Origin: Moniliella sp. 'wahieum'
Taxonomy: Eukaryota
DNA length: 64,000 nt
Reading direction: 5' to 3'
Assembly: GCA_003971905.1 (NCBI GenBank)
Contig: RSEE01000007.1
Span: forward strand, 434,001-498,000
The position numbers and the translations under genes are program-made. Below the pieces are notes generated by a model that made no database searches, was not told where the DNA came from, and saw nothing but the letters and a program-made list of their open reading frames with translations. This document shows positions 50,682 through 62,378 of this stretch, one piece after another. Numbering within the stretch: position 1 is the stretch's first letter; each line of letters starts with the position of its first letter.

Positions 50682-53248
50682 ATGTCGTCGCGCCGCATCA
50701 AGCGCTTCCGTTGATCAAGGAGCACGGTCTCACCGCCCAGCTCTCGACCCTGGTCTCGCTCCCGGTGGCCACCCCTTCCTCTAACCCCGTTCTACGCCAG
50801 CCCGCCCCCGACTTCCAGCTGGTCGACCACCGGAAACATGTTCACACCCTGCATTCCTACATCTCCGCTGGGAAGCCCATCGTTCTCTTTTTCTACCCAC
50901 TTGCCGGCTCCCCCTTCTGCACCAAACAGCTCTGCTCACTCCGGTCTATGCAGCTCTCTGTACCGTCTTTTTCCAGCGCCGCGGTTACCATTATTGGTAT
51001 TTCGCAGGACTCGCCCGCACGCATCGCCCAATTTGTTGAACAGCACAACCTTTCCTACCCTGTCCTCTCCGACCCCGACCGCGCCGTTCACAATAAATAC
51101 GGCGTAGGCACTGTCCTTATGGGCCTCATGAACCGTACGTCGTTTTGTGCATCAGTAAACTTGACTACTTGTGTTTCTGATTCGCGTTGGTCTCTTGGCA
51201 GAGCGAACCACTTTCATCATTGATTCACAGGGTATCGTTAGAGGCACCGCCGAGGGTACCTTTAACTACAAGGGCCATATCAAGTATGCGGAGCGGTGGC
51301 TGGCGCGCATCAGCGACGAAAACGCATTCCGATCTCAGGGTGGCCCGGCGGCAGAGTTGATAGAGCAACGTTTTCCTCGCGCATCCCTGGACCCATCCAA
51401 CTTACTTTTTCGGAGCCGGCCGAGTCGCCCTCATCACCCTTGCCAGCAGCTGTCCATGCCGCCTCCCGTGTCGCCACCGCTAGCCCCATTCGCCCGCCCC
51501 TAACTGTGGCCAATGCTCTTCGCACCGATGACCCTAAGGAAGGTTCACAGAGTTCCCGGCCTCTGCCTGCTTCGGATCATGTGCCTTCGTATGCGCACCC
51601 TATGCACTCTCCGGAGCCCCCGTTTACGAAAACGCGGATGCGAGATCCAATTCTAGCATATCTGATCTCTGGAACCGCAATTCCTCCCGCAGCCACAATA
51701 CCGCTTCGCCGAGTGTCTGGCAAACTCATTCCCAGTACGACCGTTCACACAGTTTGCTTCCTGGGCAGGACACTTCATCGCTGTCCCATTTCGGGGACTC
51801 GCAAGCGCCAACTGGTGAGGAGGAAACGGCAAGTCATACCCAAGCCCAGCCGAGTACCTCTGTTCAGTCGCGCAGCTCGGCTGCTATCATTATGGCATCC
51901 GATGTTGAAAATGTGCCCCCGCGTTCTTCCGTTGATCGCCCACTTCAGGAGCCGGATTCTACATTGGCCCAAAGCCCTCCGATTGCGCGCCCGCTTCCAC
52001 CGCCAGTTATCGTCTCTAGTGGAGAATACGACGATGATGACGGTGTCCCTGTTTCAGGTTGGTCCGTCATCGACGTTCCCTAGTCCTACTGGCGAATCTG
52101 CCCATATGGGTGACCCCATGCCTCTTGAAACGTCCTCCGTGGGATCGCACAGGTCTCAGTCCAACCGTATCTCTCCTCTTCAACCCTTCCAGTCAGACCC
52201 TAATCTCCATGGGACCTTCAGGGAATACTCCCCCAGTGTTCCGCGTACTTTTAGTCCCAGCATAGGGGGCGTCTCCAATTTGTCTCTGCCCTGCTCTACG
52301 TCCCTAGGAGGTGGATGCATGCAGGAAGATGGGCGCTCTCCTGAATCGGGTCACTCTCTCCGCCGCTTCACCAAAGTCTTAGAGAGCATATTCCTCTTCC
52401 CGAAGCTGGATTGTCCCCTATCCCTGATCCCCCCAATTGCCACACACCCAATCCGGGGGATGGGGAGGACAGCGTGCACATGGGCTCGCAGCGTGCCGCG
52501 CTCACCCCATCCCCCAATTTGCTGGACGCCGACAAGGCATTTAGTCAACCCGCCGTCTCTGCTGGCAACGCCATTCCAACCTCACCATCATCCAGCCGTG
52601 TTGCTGATCACACTGCACTTGTCAATACCCTCCCACCCCCCGATGGTCCAGGGATGACCACCGCCCTCGCTGCTTCGCACTTTTTGGCAAGCACCTGGGG
52701 GGTCACCACGTCGCCTGTACCCCCGCCCGGTGCCCCAGCTCAAGATCCTGTTGACGATTCTCGTAACATTGATTCCCCTGCGACCGGTTCGCACTTGTCA
52801 CAGCCTAGTCACGGTCAAATTCGACCACCACCTCCGCCCGCTAATTCTCTTCCCGTGTCACCGTCCCTTGCTTCGCGAGGCAGCGAAGTCAATCAAGGGA
52901 GCTTTTCGCCTCAGTCGGATCCGTCGATCCTTGCCTCGCTCCAGTCGACCGCCACCTTTTCCTCCGAGACATTCAAACCGGAACACTTTCGCACCCGCAT
53001 ACGCCCCGCCTCAAAGATGGTGCTGCACCTCATCCCTCAGCGCCTCGGCTCCGCCAGACCAGCTCCCCCAACTCCGCAAGCCAGACTCCCTTCGCCGAGG
53101 CGGGGGTGGGAGCACGCTGGGTGCCCCCTTCTCCGGCGATTCCCGGCCTTGGCCCTCCAACATCAACAAGCCTTCGCTCAGTGCGTTGCTGCATGCCCAT
53201 TCTTCACCCGACTTGAACTTGTCCAAACCTTTTGACAAGCGGAGTTAA
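50682..53248 (+). CDS. BCP/PrxQ-type peroxiredoxin (AhpC/TSA) followed by a long Ser/Pro-rich extension; intron 51135-51201; frameshifted
   Basis: PAPDFQLVD...VLFFYPLAGSPFCTKQLC (PxxxSxxC, CxxxxC)...IIGISQDS...YPVLSDP...|RTTFIIDSQGIVR. Confidence 0.8.
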
Positions 53249-54263
53249 TGTCCTCCTTAATCACCTCTTCTTTAGTATTCTCTCCGTGCACATATGCGGA
53301 TGCTGATCTTGACCTCTTGTTTTTACTGCCATCGTGTTATCGCACTTTCACTTTTGCTGCTTCCTTATTAATCGATATCTACTGTCATGGACGATGCTGG
53401 GGGCGCTACGGACCTAGCGTGCAGGGTGGCAGGCGCAAGGTATTATAGATGCGCAGAGTTTTTGGCATCCTCACCTTTTTGCTTGGCAGCGGCATATCAG
53501 ACCTCTGAGTTGACCGCCATCATCGGCCAAACGAAATTTACAAGCTGGCGAGGCGATGAAGCGTGGTTATGACCTAGGATCGAGGTCAGAGGGTTACTTT
53601 GTTCTTCGCTGGATGAGCGGGCCTGGTAGAGCGACAGCGTTAGTGTCGAAGTGGTGCAAAATTGATATGAACCCAAGTCAAAAGATACTATGGTCTCCAG
53701 TGAGGGGCCCGGGTTAAGTTGCAGCAGTACTAAGCATAATGTGTGGGCCATCTTGCATACTAATGGCGCTACTATCTGCCTACCGTGAGAATGGAATGTC
53801 TTAACACACGACTGGGGATCAAATGGATGGTTTGGTTAAAGCCCAATGGAGGAAAAGCTGGTCCGTTATGCAACTGGGTTGAGTGGCCAAGGCAAATTCG
53901 GATAAGTCCAAAGGAAGCAATGTTGAAGTGAAATCGGAGGAAGACGCTAATACTACTGCGCTACGGTTGGCTGAAGAAAATCCATTATTATCAGACCACA
54001 ACAGCAAAATGAAAAGCCACTGCTGCTGCGAGAGAGCCATGTGAAGGTGGGGGAACGGATGAGAGGAAACGGTCGTAGGAGTCCAAGTGACTAGTGCCGA
54101 GAGGAAACTAAGCGAATGAGAACAAAAAGGGAAAGCATTGTATAAAACGGATCGGTGTTCTCTTTTGGCACAGTTGCCAAAAGAATGGATGTATGGCCCA
54201 TTAACGATGACACGCCTCAGGTGGTGTGCTGTTGCTTGACGAAAGAGTGGTTGGGCGTCCATC

Positions 54264-55320
54264 CTACTTGACAAAGAGGGTCTCTATGTCAGTCGAGCTG
54301 ATGAACGTTAAGCCGATGAAGGCTGTGGGTATGGGTGGGAGCCATCTCGAGCCAGCTAGCTTATCAGAGATTTGCTTCACGCCCCGCGTTCCTTTTTCAC
54401 CTTTTTCATGGGCGGTAGATGGACCGACGGCGACGGTGCACATCTTCGTCCTCATTGTGGGCCCTCCTGGCTGCCTGACCACTGACAGCGCTAGGATTGA
54501 GAACATTCTCGTTGAGCACCTGAGTGGGGAGCATGGTGGGCGGCCGCATTTGGAGGTACATAAGTGACTGGAGGAGGTTATCTTAATCAGTATACCTTTG
54601 TAAACCGCAGATATAAGAAGACACAACCCTCCCATGATCACCAACAATGAAACGTACCTGTTTTTGGCCGGCCTGGCCATTACCACCATCCTGAAAGAGT
54701 TGAAGGGCAAAAGCAGGGTTGGCATTCTGGCTCGTGATCACATCCGGTCCGAAACCTGTGTCGGATTCAACGTAGTTATACCATTGTGGGATCAGCTCTG
54801 GCTGGTAGTAGTAGTACTGCGTCAAGGTTTGTGCGCTGCAGGGGTCCATCACGAGCACCTTGCCGTCCGTTTTCCATGGCTGGAGCGAAATACTTCCATT
54901 GGGATTGATCAAATACATCCCATGTTGCCAGAGTAGTGTTGCTTTGACGCATCGGTTCACCGTGGCTGAAGGATGGACAGGGGGGGTTGGTGATGAGGTT
55001 AGCTGTTATATAGCATGCTTATACCCGAGGAGGAGAAATGGGGAGTGGCGTACCGTTGGAAGAGTAATGTATTTGGACTGCTCAAAGAAGCCGTCCTCAG
55101 TGAAGGAGTAGGAGACTCCAGCCGTTGCGGGAATCGTGAAGGCGGCAGTGGCCGGGTTGAAAAAGGCAAGACCGGTGGTGACATTTCCTGAGCCGCTGGA
55201 CCAAGTTCCCTCGAGGGAGGTGACGTTATTGAGGGTCTGGGCGGAAGCAAGGGTGGCAGTAGTAAGTAATACGGTGCCCACAGCAGCGATGCTGCTGGCA
55301 ACGACGCGGGCAGGGCGCAT
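54264..55320 (-). CDS. ROT1: ER chaperone Rot1 (introns present)
   Basis: Signal peptide then LEGTWSSGSGNVTTG, GVSYSFTEDGFFE, LLWQHG...NGSISLQP..DGKVLVMDPC and a downstream MYLQMRPPTMLPT, all Rot1 motifs. Confidence 0.9.
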
Positions 55321-56734
55321 TGGGGTGGAGGTGATGGTGGAGAGACGAGGAAAGATCTGATGTCTGATGCGATTGCGGCGAACGCTCGCGTAGCCATTAG
55401 TCGGTCGGATCGGCGGTGCTTTTGTGCCTTGCGGTAGCCGAGCCAGCCAACCATATGCCGGCACTGCGCCCGCGTCCACCAGGACAGCCCTGGCACGCCT
55501 CCTTGAAGCTGATCGGCGTTGTACGTCCACTCGGCCCAAACGCCTGTACGAGCTTCGCTCCGCATGCTGCCTGTGTAGAACCCCCTGCACACGGATGCAT
55601 TGAGGCGTAAGTACGTAAATGGGGCCCAAAGCCTGAGGCCTCACCGGCCTCACTGGTCACGGGTCACCGGTCACCTGAGGGCGTTCGCTGGGGCCCCGGC
55701 CGCAATGGCAATGATGCGTGGTGCGCATGATGTAGGATGGGTGACTAGTTGCTAGCGAGCGCTGGCTGAGTATTGAATTGAATACTGTCCCAGTGCCTGT
55801 TGGCGTGGGCAAACGCGCCAACGCCTGCTGTAAGCGCAAGCGCTAAGCCTTGCTCAGGCGCCCAGGCGCTCAGGCGCTCAGGGCTAACGCCAGGGCCCAC
55901 CTTGCCTGCCCCGCATCCTGCAGCTGATAAAACAACGGGCGCTGTGCCATTCGCTCCTTCGGCTAGGGTAGGATCGATAAGGGGGTGCGAGGTGCCAGGA
56001 GCTAACCATGGGAGCCACAACGCACTGGCACACATGAGTATTTCGTACTTGCGATTAGTTTATCCGCCGAGAGCGCCTCAGCGCCTCAGCCCTCAGCGGT
56101 TGAGCAGGGCTCAAGTTGAGCTCAGCGGGGTTCGGGCGCTCAGGCGCTCAGGCCTCAGGCTCACCGGTGAGCTCACCCGCTCACATGCTCTCAGGCCTGA
56201 GAGAAGCCACGTCAAAACCAGGATATATATCCCCCGTCCACTCTTGCAAAGGCGTTGTCTGCTCGATGATCGACAATCATCGAAATGATCATCGGTCATC
56301 GATCGTCATGCATCATGCATCAACCATCTAATCATTGCAGACTAGTGAGTAATGATTCGCATGCATGGCTACTGCTTGCCACCGCCATTAGCGCTAAGGC
56401 TTAGCCCTCCGGAGGAGCGTGGCAGAGTGCGGCAGAGCGTGGCTTGCCATCGCGCCAGTGTCATCTGCGAGTATATGCACTGCCGAGATGCTCGCACCGC
56501 TCGCAACTTACACCCAAGCGCCCAAAAGCTCTATCAAGTTCAAGGCCAAACCGCCCTTCCAATTTGAAACGAACCACTTCCCTCCATGGTAAACATGAAG
56601 TCTCGCCAAGCCTTTGCTTACATTTGACCCAGGTATCCTTAGCCAGTCGCTAATTTCCCTTCCCTGCTCCTGCTGTGATGCATGATGGCTGACGAGATCT
56701 TATTTGCGTCCTGCGGCCTGAGGGCCTGAGGCCT

Positions 56735-56970
56735 GATGGTCCTCGAGGGTGATGCAATAATGGCACTAGTGGTGGTGGAGACAAGTCACTAGTCAGCCAG
56801 CAACGCCTCAAGAGGGACATTAAGCAGCCAGACGCCGCCAGCGACTATCAGGTTGTCGAACAAGGAAAACAGAAACGAGAACGCATCGGAACTCCGATTA
56901 GGCCGAAGAAGAGACAGAGCGGACGCTTTGGCGCCAAAAAAACGAGCCACCCGCGGTGGCTCGACAAAGG
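56735..56970. repeat. Dispersed diverged repeat, copy B
   Basis: Same orientation as 48159-48410. Shared blocks: CACTAGTGGTGGTGG, CCAGCAACG, AACAAGGAAAA, CGGAACTCC, ACGAGCCACC...TGGCTC. Confidence 0.8.
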
Positions 56971-59900
56971 CGTGTTACGGTTATTCTTTCTCTCTTGTCG
57001 AGATAGTATCAGATCTATCGCATGGGGGAGGCCCTGGCAACGCCGAACTTGCTTCTGTAGTCCAGCGGTATAATGTATCTTGGAAAGCCAATCAGTGCTA
57101 CACAACGTATGGTTTTCCCGTCATCGGATCCTGGTCGAACCGAGTAGGTTTCTACTAAGAGACGAGGGAAGAGAGATGAGAGCCGTCAAATCGTAACTAA
57201 GTGTAAGGGCGGAGAGAGGAGTTTTGCAGAGAGAATTAAAAAGGTTAACCCGCAATCTGGTTGTCTTTCAAGGGCACTGACGCTTCCCAGTCGGGTACAG
57301 CAGATGAGGGTTCTATACCAAAAAACGGGTTAAGCGAAAATGGTACTAAGCGTTTTCGTCTCGATGATCCCATGCGACCATGGCCAGCCGCGGAGAGGAT
57401 ATGACATCATGGATGCGTTGTCTCGTAGATTCTCTCTCAGATCTCACTTTATAGTCTAACGGGACTGACGTGTGTGCTTAGGCGAGAGTTCTATGCCAAA
57501 ACTGCGAGACTCTATGTCCGGAGGTAGTAAAACCACGGAATGACCACCTATAAGTATGATTCCCCCCTTCCACCCGCTCAACACAGTAGAGTTCAAAAAG
57601 CCCTGTCTTATAACAGAGGATTTCTCCAGCTTTCTACTTCCCTGATCGTGAGGGCTTCCCTCATAAGGTCATTTGGCCTCTCATAGGGCACCCCGCTTTC
57701 AGAGAGCCTTTTGCACCCAAACACATGCGTTTCAAACCGACTCGCCTCAAGTCTTCTCTTCATTCACTGCATGGGCCCGGAGCATGCCCATAGACTGTGT
57801 GCTGATGAGCGCTTATATGAGGCCTGTGAGGGTCTGCGGGCTGAAGCCATCGTCCAACATCCTGATCCGATAACGCTCTTGTCGGCGTTCCGTTTGATTC
57901 ACGTCTCTTTCTTTTCTAGATTCTTTAAGGCATCTGACGCGCCTCATCGCATCCCTTACCCCCGTAGGGGAAGGAGTCATATTCACTCTTAGAGGGGAAC
58001 CATGATGCGTGGTGATTGGAGGTTGAGTGAGAGCTATATTACTCTTATATCGGGTGTGAAAGGAGGTGAAGTTGAAGGAAGCGGGAAAATTCTGCAAGAA
58101 AACGCCTGGCAGGGACGGACGCCCTCAGGTCTCATGAGCCGTTCTTCCCCCTACTCAGTGTCACGGGCTGCGGCGGACTCGAGATGGTCCGACCCAAGCT
58201 AAGGCCCGCCTGCTCTGCACATGCCCAGTGGAGTGCGCCCCCAAGCCGAACCAATTATGTCGATGGTTGGTTGCACCATGTACCGTGGCCCGAGTAGCCA
58301 TGCGTACGCGCGACAGTAGTCGCCTCCCGCCCAAGTCTAAGTTGCTGTGGCCGAAATAAGGCCACCAAGTATTCAGTATCTTTCCGACGTCCGTCGCCCC
58401 GTCACCACTTATTTTTTCCTTTCTCGGTCGCGCCTATGGCAATCAACCCCTCTTTTGACGTGTCTTCTTTCTACATCCCTCCCTCTTGTGTCTGTTTCCA
58501 CCTTTGATTTAGCCTGTACCCTGGTCGGTGGGGATCCTTTTCCCCACCCTCCATTCTCGTCCTTTCCAGTCTATGATCCTGTCCGACTCCTGCCCGTTTT
58601 CCATGCAGCCAATTTGATCCAGTACAGGCAGACTCCTCTTGCTAGCTTCCGACTTCTCCTCCGGCTTCGTCCTCCAGCAATCCGCCAGTCCAGTCGCGCG
58701 AGCCCTCCTTTGGCCGGGTCGATTTCCAGTATCCATCTAGTCTCAGTTGAGGCAGCATTTTTGACCGCCCCGCCTCCTCCTCCTCGTCCCTAAGTCCCGG
58801 AGGCTTCAGACACGTTACTACGGCCCAATCCGGTGCAGACGCAGCCTTGCCACACGTGCAGTCGCCCCACCAAAGGCTTCTCCTCGTCCCCAGCTCCGCT
58901 CGGATTCACCAACCAGCCCAACAAGCCCGAAACTACCGTGAGTCGTCCTTCTGTCTCCTAAAGGATTGTACCCCAAGAACCTGGGTGATTCCCCTGGCGG
59001 GGCCCGCCCGTGACACTCAGGACGACACGCCAGTTGTATGCCACTAAAGCGGGGAACAATAAAAGATACTTAGTTATTGAGCGCGAGGAGAAAATCTTAC
59101 TAAAGAGTCTATATTCATCCATCATGATTGAAGATGTGTTTCATCTTATAGTGGGTCATATGTCTGTCACCCTCATAGGTGGCTTAATCCAACGCTCGCG
59201 TTACTACTAATCCAGAAGTTAGGAAGCAAAAAATAGCTTCTTTATTGTCCCAGCCTTAAGGTCTGTCGATGATATGGTTTTAGGAGGGTGGTGCATGAGA
59301 GCACCGCGACGCCTTTGGAACGCCGGAAGAAGGAGCTGCTTTGGCTGCTGGAACAAGCAGAATGGGACAAGAACGCTAAGTACCAGGGACGCACTCAAGA
59401 GCCTTTTTCCCCCTCTGGTTTTGACGACGCAGCGAGGATACTATGGCACCAAGACAGGGGGCAAGGTGCTTGGGCACTGGAAGGATTTGGCTACTGACTC
59501 TCAATGGAAATGGTTCCTCCGTCGCTCGGATGTCTACCACGTTCATCCGTGTCCACACGCGCTACCTCGGGTATGGGAACGGATAATGGCGGGCACCAGA
59601 GGGTCCTGATATCCTCTGGCGATCCCCTAGTTCCTTGACAGGAGTGTAATAGCGACCAAGCAATAACACACGCAAGATGAACGGGTCGGTTTAGGCATAG
59701 CGTTTCCCTATCCCAGCCTTAACCTTTGTCAATGATATGGATTACGTTGTGGCAATTTACCACTGCAGTGTGCACTGTTATTGTGGATCCCAATATTCGG
59801 TACGCGTACCTAAGCGGAGGCCAAAAGGCTGGCCAGGGTGGGCGAGAGTCAGTGCGACAAAAACTGAATGGACGTTTATCGATTGTTCCCTCCTCCTGTG

Positions 59901-60861
59901 TGTCTTATTTGCTCTGAGATCTGATGCAAAAAGCTGGTTTACTATTGAATAATAGTAATTACCAGCAAAAAGCAACATGTAACAAGGGGCTTGCTGGGTT
60001 TGTGAGAAGTTGGAGTCTTTGACTTCCACAGCCAGCGCAGACAGTATAACATTTTATAGACATATCGTTTTGGTCTGGATTAACGGACCTGAGAGTATAG
60101 CCCGTGCAGCAGAGTAAGAAAGGTGGAGACGGGATCCGACACATGTGGCAAAAGGGATATTGAACTGTATGAGACATACACAAAACAGCAATGGGGGAAC
60201 CAACATATAAAACAGGTTTTTGGAGCATATATATGCCCCCGTATACGGAAATAAAGCTTCTGGGGAGGAAAGCTGGGGTGAAGCTTGAAGCTTGACTTGA
60301 AGCTTGAAGCTTGAAGCCACAACTGTGATGGTAAAACGCGGCGTGTGGCGGTAACCGGTAAGTACTAAGTGAAGATTGAAGAGGCCTCATGCCGAAGAGG
60401 CCTCAGGCATGAGGCCTGTGTGCATGTGAAGATTGAAGAAACAGGTTAAAAAAAGGACAAATACTGTGGCATGTGGGGATATTGGCACAGAGGTTCATAA
60501 CTAAGTACTAATCATTTAATGAGTAGGTTCATGAGATCTGAGATGAGTACGTGATGAGTCTCCATCAGGTCCATGCGGGGCCCTCCCGTGTCACATTCCG
60601 AGCCGTTCAGTTCTTCTCCCCGCACAACCATTGGCATTGACCCCCGTTGCGCGACCGATAGAGCGTCCCCACCGCTTCCGTGAGAGCGCGTGAGCATACG
60701 AGCCCCCGGTACCGGTGGCTGAGCCCGGAGACCGGAGAACCCCTGACGCCCTGAGCCTTGACGCCCTGTTATATAGATACTTTTATAGTAGTACTGTCGT
60801 TATCTCTGTCTCGTTTGCGATCCGTCCACCACTCGCCCAACTTTTCTTTACCAACTTCATC

Positions 60862-62378
60862 ATGGCCACCTCAGCCCCAACGCTCGCCGAGGTGGATCAC
60901 CTGACGTACGACGCAGCAGTCCTGCTGTGGGTGTCCCTGGCCATGACAGGTGTTCTGCTGTGGGAGTTCTTGATGCAGCTCCCTGCTGACATCAAGTACG
61001 TGCTCTATCCGGAATTCCGGAGAAGTGTGCTGCCCCATCCCCTTGTAACTCTTGGTACCACCAAACCGGCGAGCACAATATTGGTGGCAAAGGGCGAGAG
61101 AGAAGCGGGCTTGGCCCCAGTTCCCTGCATTGGGGCTGCTAATAGCACGCCTGCTCACAATTCCCTGCTGTGCTGTCACTCTTGCATTTTGTCGGCGGAC
61201 AAACAACTGCACCGCCACCGCCAGGGCTTATGTCGCCTGCGTTGCACTGGGTAACGTTGATTGTCAGTGCCTCCTTACGTTGAGAGCTGCGGCCGTCTCT
61301 GGTGACAGCAAGAAAAGATTATTTATGTCTTGTGGGGCGGTTAATGCGCTTGTCTGCGGACTGTGGATGTGGTTTATCGGATCGACGCATGGGACCTTGT
61401 CCCAACCCGTACCTAACCTCAAGATTGGGTTTGTTTGCGGACAACCCAGGTGCAAAGGCAATTACCGGTGGCGATTTATTCATTGTGTCTACTCCTCGAC
61501 TTGTCACTCGTGACCATCACCTTCCGAGCTGTTGCTCCTCCCAGGAGGCAGCATACTACGGTGCTCTCTCGCTTTCATCGGAACGATGGAGATGAAGCGG
61601 GCCACACCGGGGCCAAGGATGCCATCGAACGCATTGCACCAGAAAGCACGCTTCGAAGCCTCGGTCACTTGAGCTCCATTACTCGTCGTTTCCTCACAGA
61701 CGTGGTCAAGTACGCGACTGTGGCGGCTGCAATTGAGCTTTTTGCCATTATCTGGGCCACAATATATCTTGCAGGTAGCCATGAAAACTACAACGCTTTG
61801 AGGGCCACTCTCATTCTATGTGTCCATTCCTTCCTTGGGTTTGTTATCGGTACGTTTTTACTCTGGCATGCTCTTCACAACCTTGGAACTAACCTCACAC
61901 TGCGCCACAGGCCCACGGTGTGTCACCTCACTTAAGCGGGCGAGCCGTCGTCCCAGCGCCGGATTGGTGCCCATGGCGGCCCCCGCGAATTATTCCTTGT
62001 GTAAGCTCAGATGGTGCCAAGGAGACCGTGAGCATACTGAGAAACGGGCAACACCTGCCGCAGCAACACCCTCAATGCCATCAACAGTACATTATAGAGG
62101 GAGGGGCTGATGATCGTTTCTCTGCAACCCCCGAGGATGATGCATGCCGCTTATGCTCAACAAACTCTCGGAAAAGAACGTCACATCCCTTCAAGTCCAG
62201 CGGTTTGGAGGTATCAGCTACTGGGAAAGAAGCGCCACTCCCCTTTGTTGGTCTATCCACGGGCCTGTTTTCCGAAGGGGCCGAATCTTTGTTGGAGGAT
62301 CTCAAAATCCAACCCGTTCTGTCATCTTCCGATGGAGAGTCCTCCCATCCTCCGGCCCTCAACCCCCTGTGGTTTTAA
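60862..62378 (+). CDS. Multi-pass membrane protein, DUF6533-like fungal family (frameshifted)
   Basis: TATATAGA at ~60770. N-terminal AAVLLWVSLAMTGVLLWEFLMQLPADIKYV resembles the DUF6533 pattern, and about 6-7 hydrophobic helices lie across ORFs 61052 and 61435. Confidence 0.5.
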
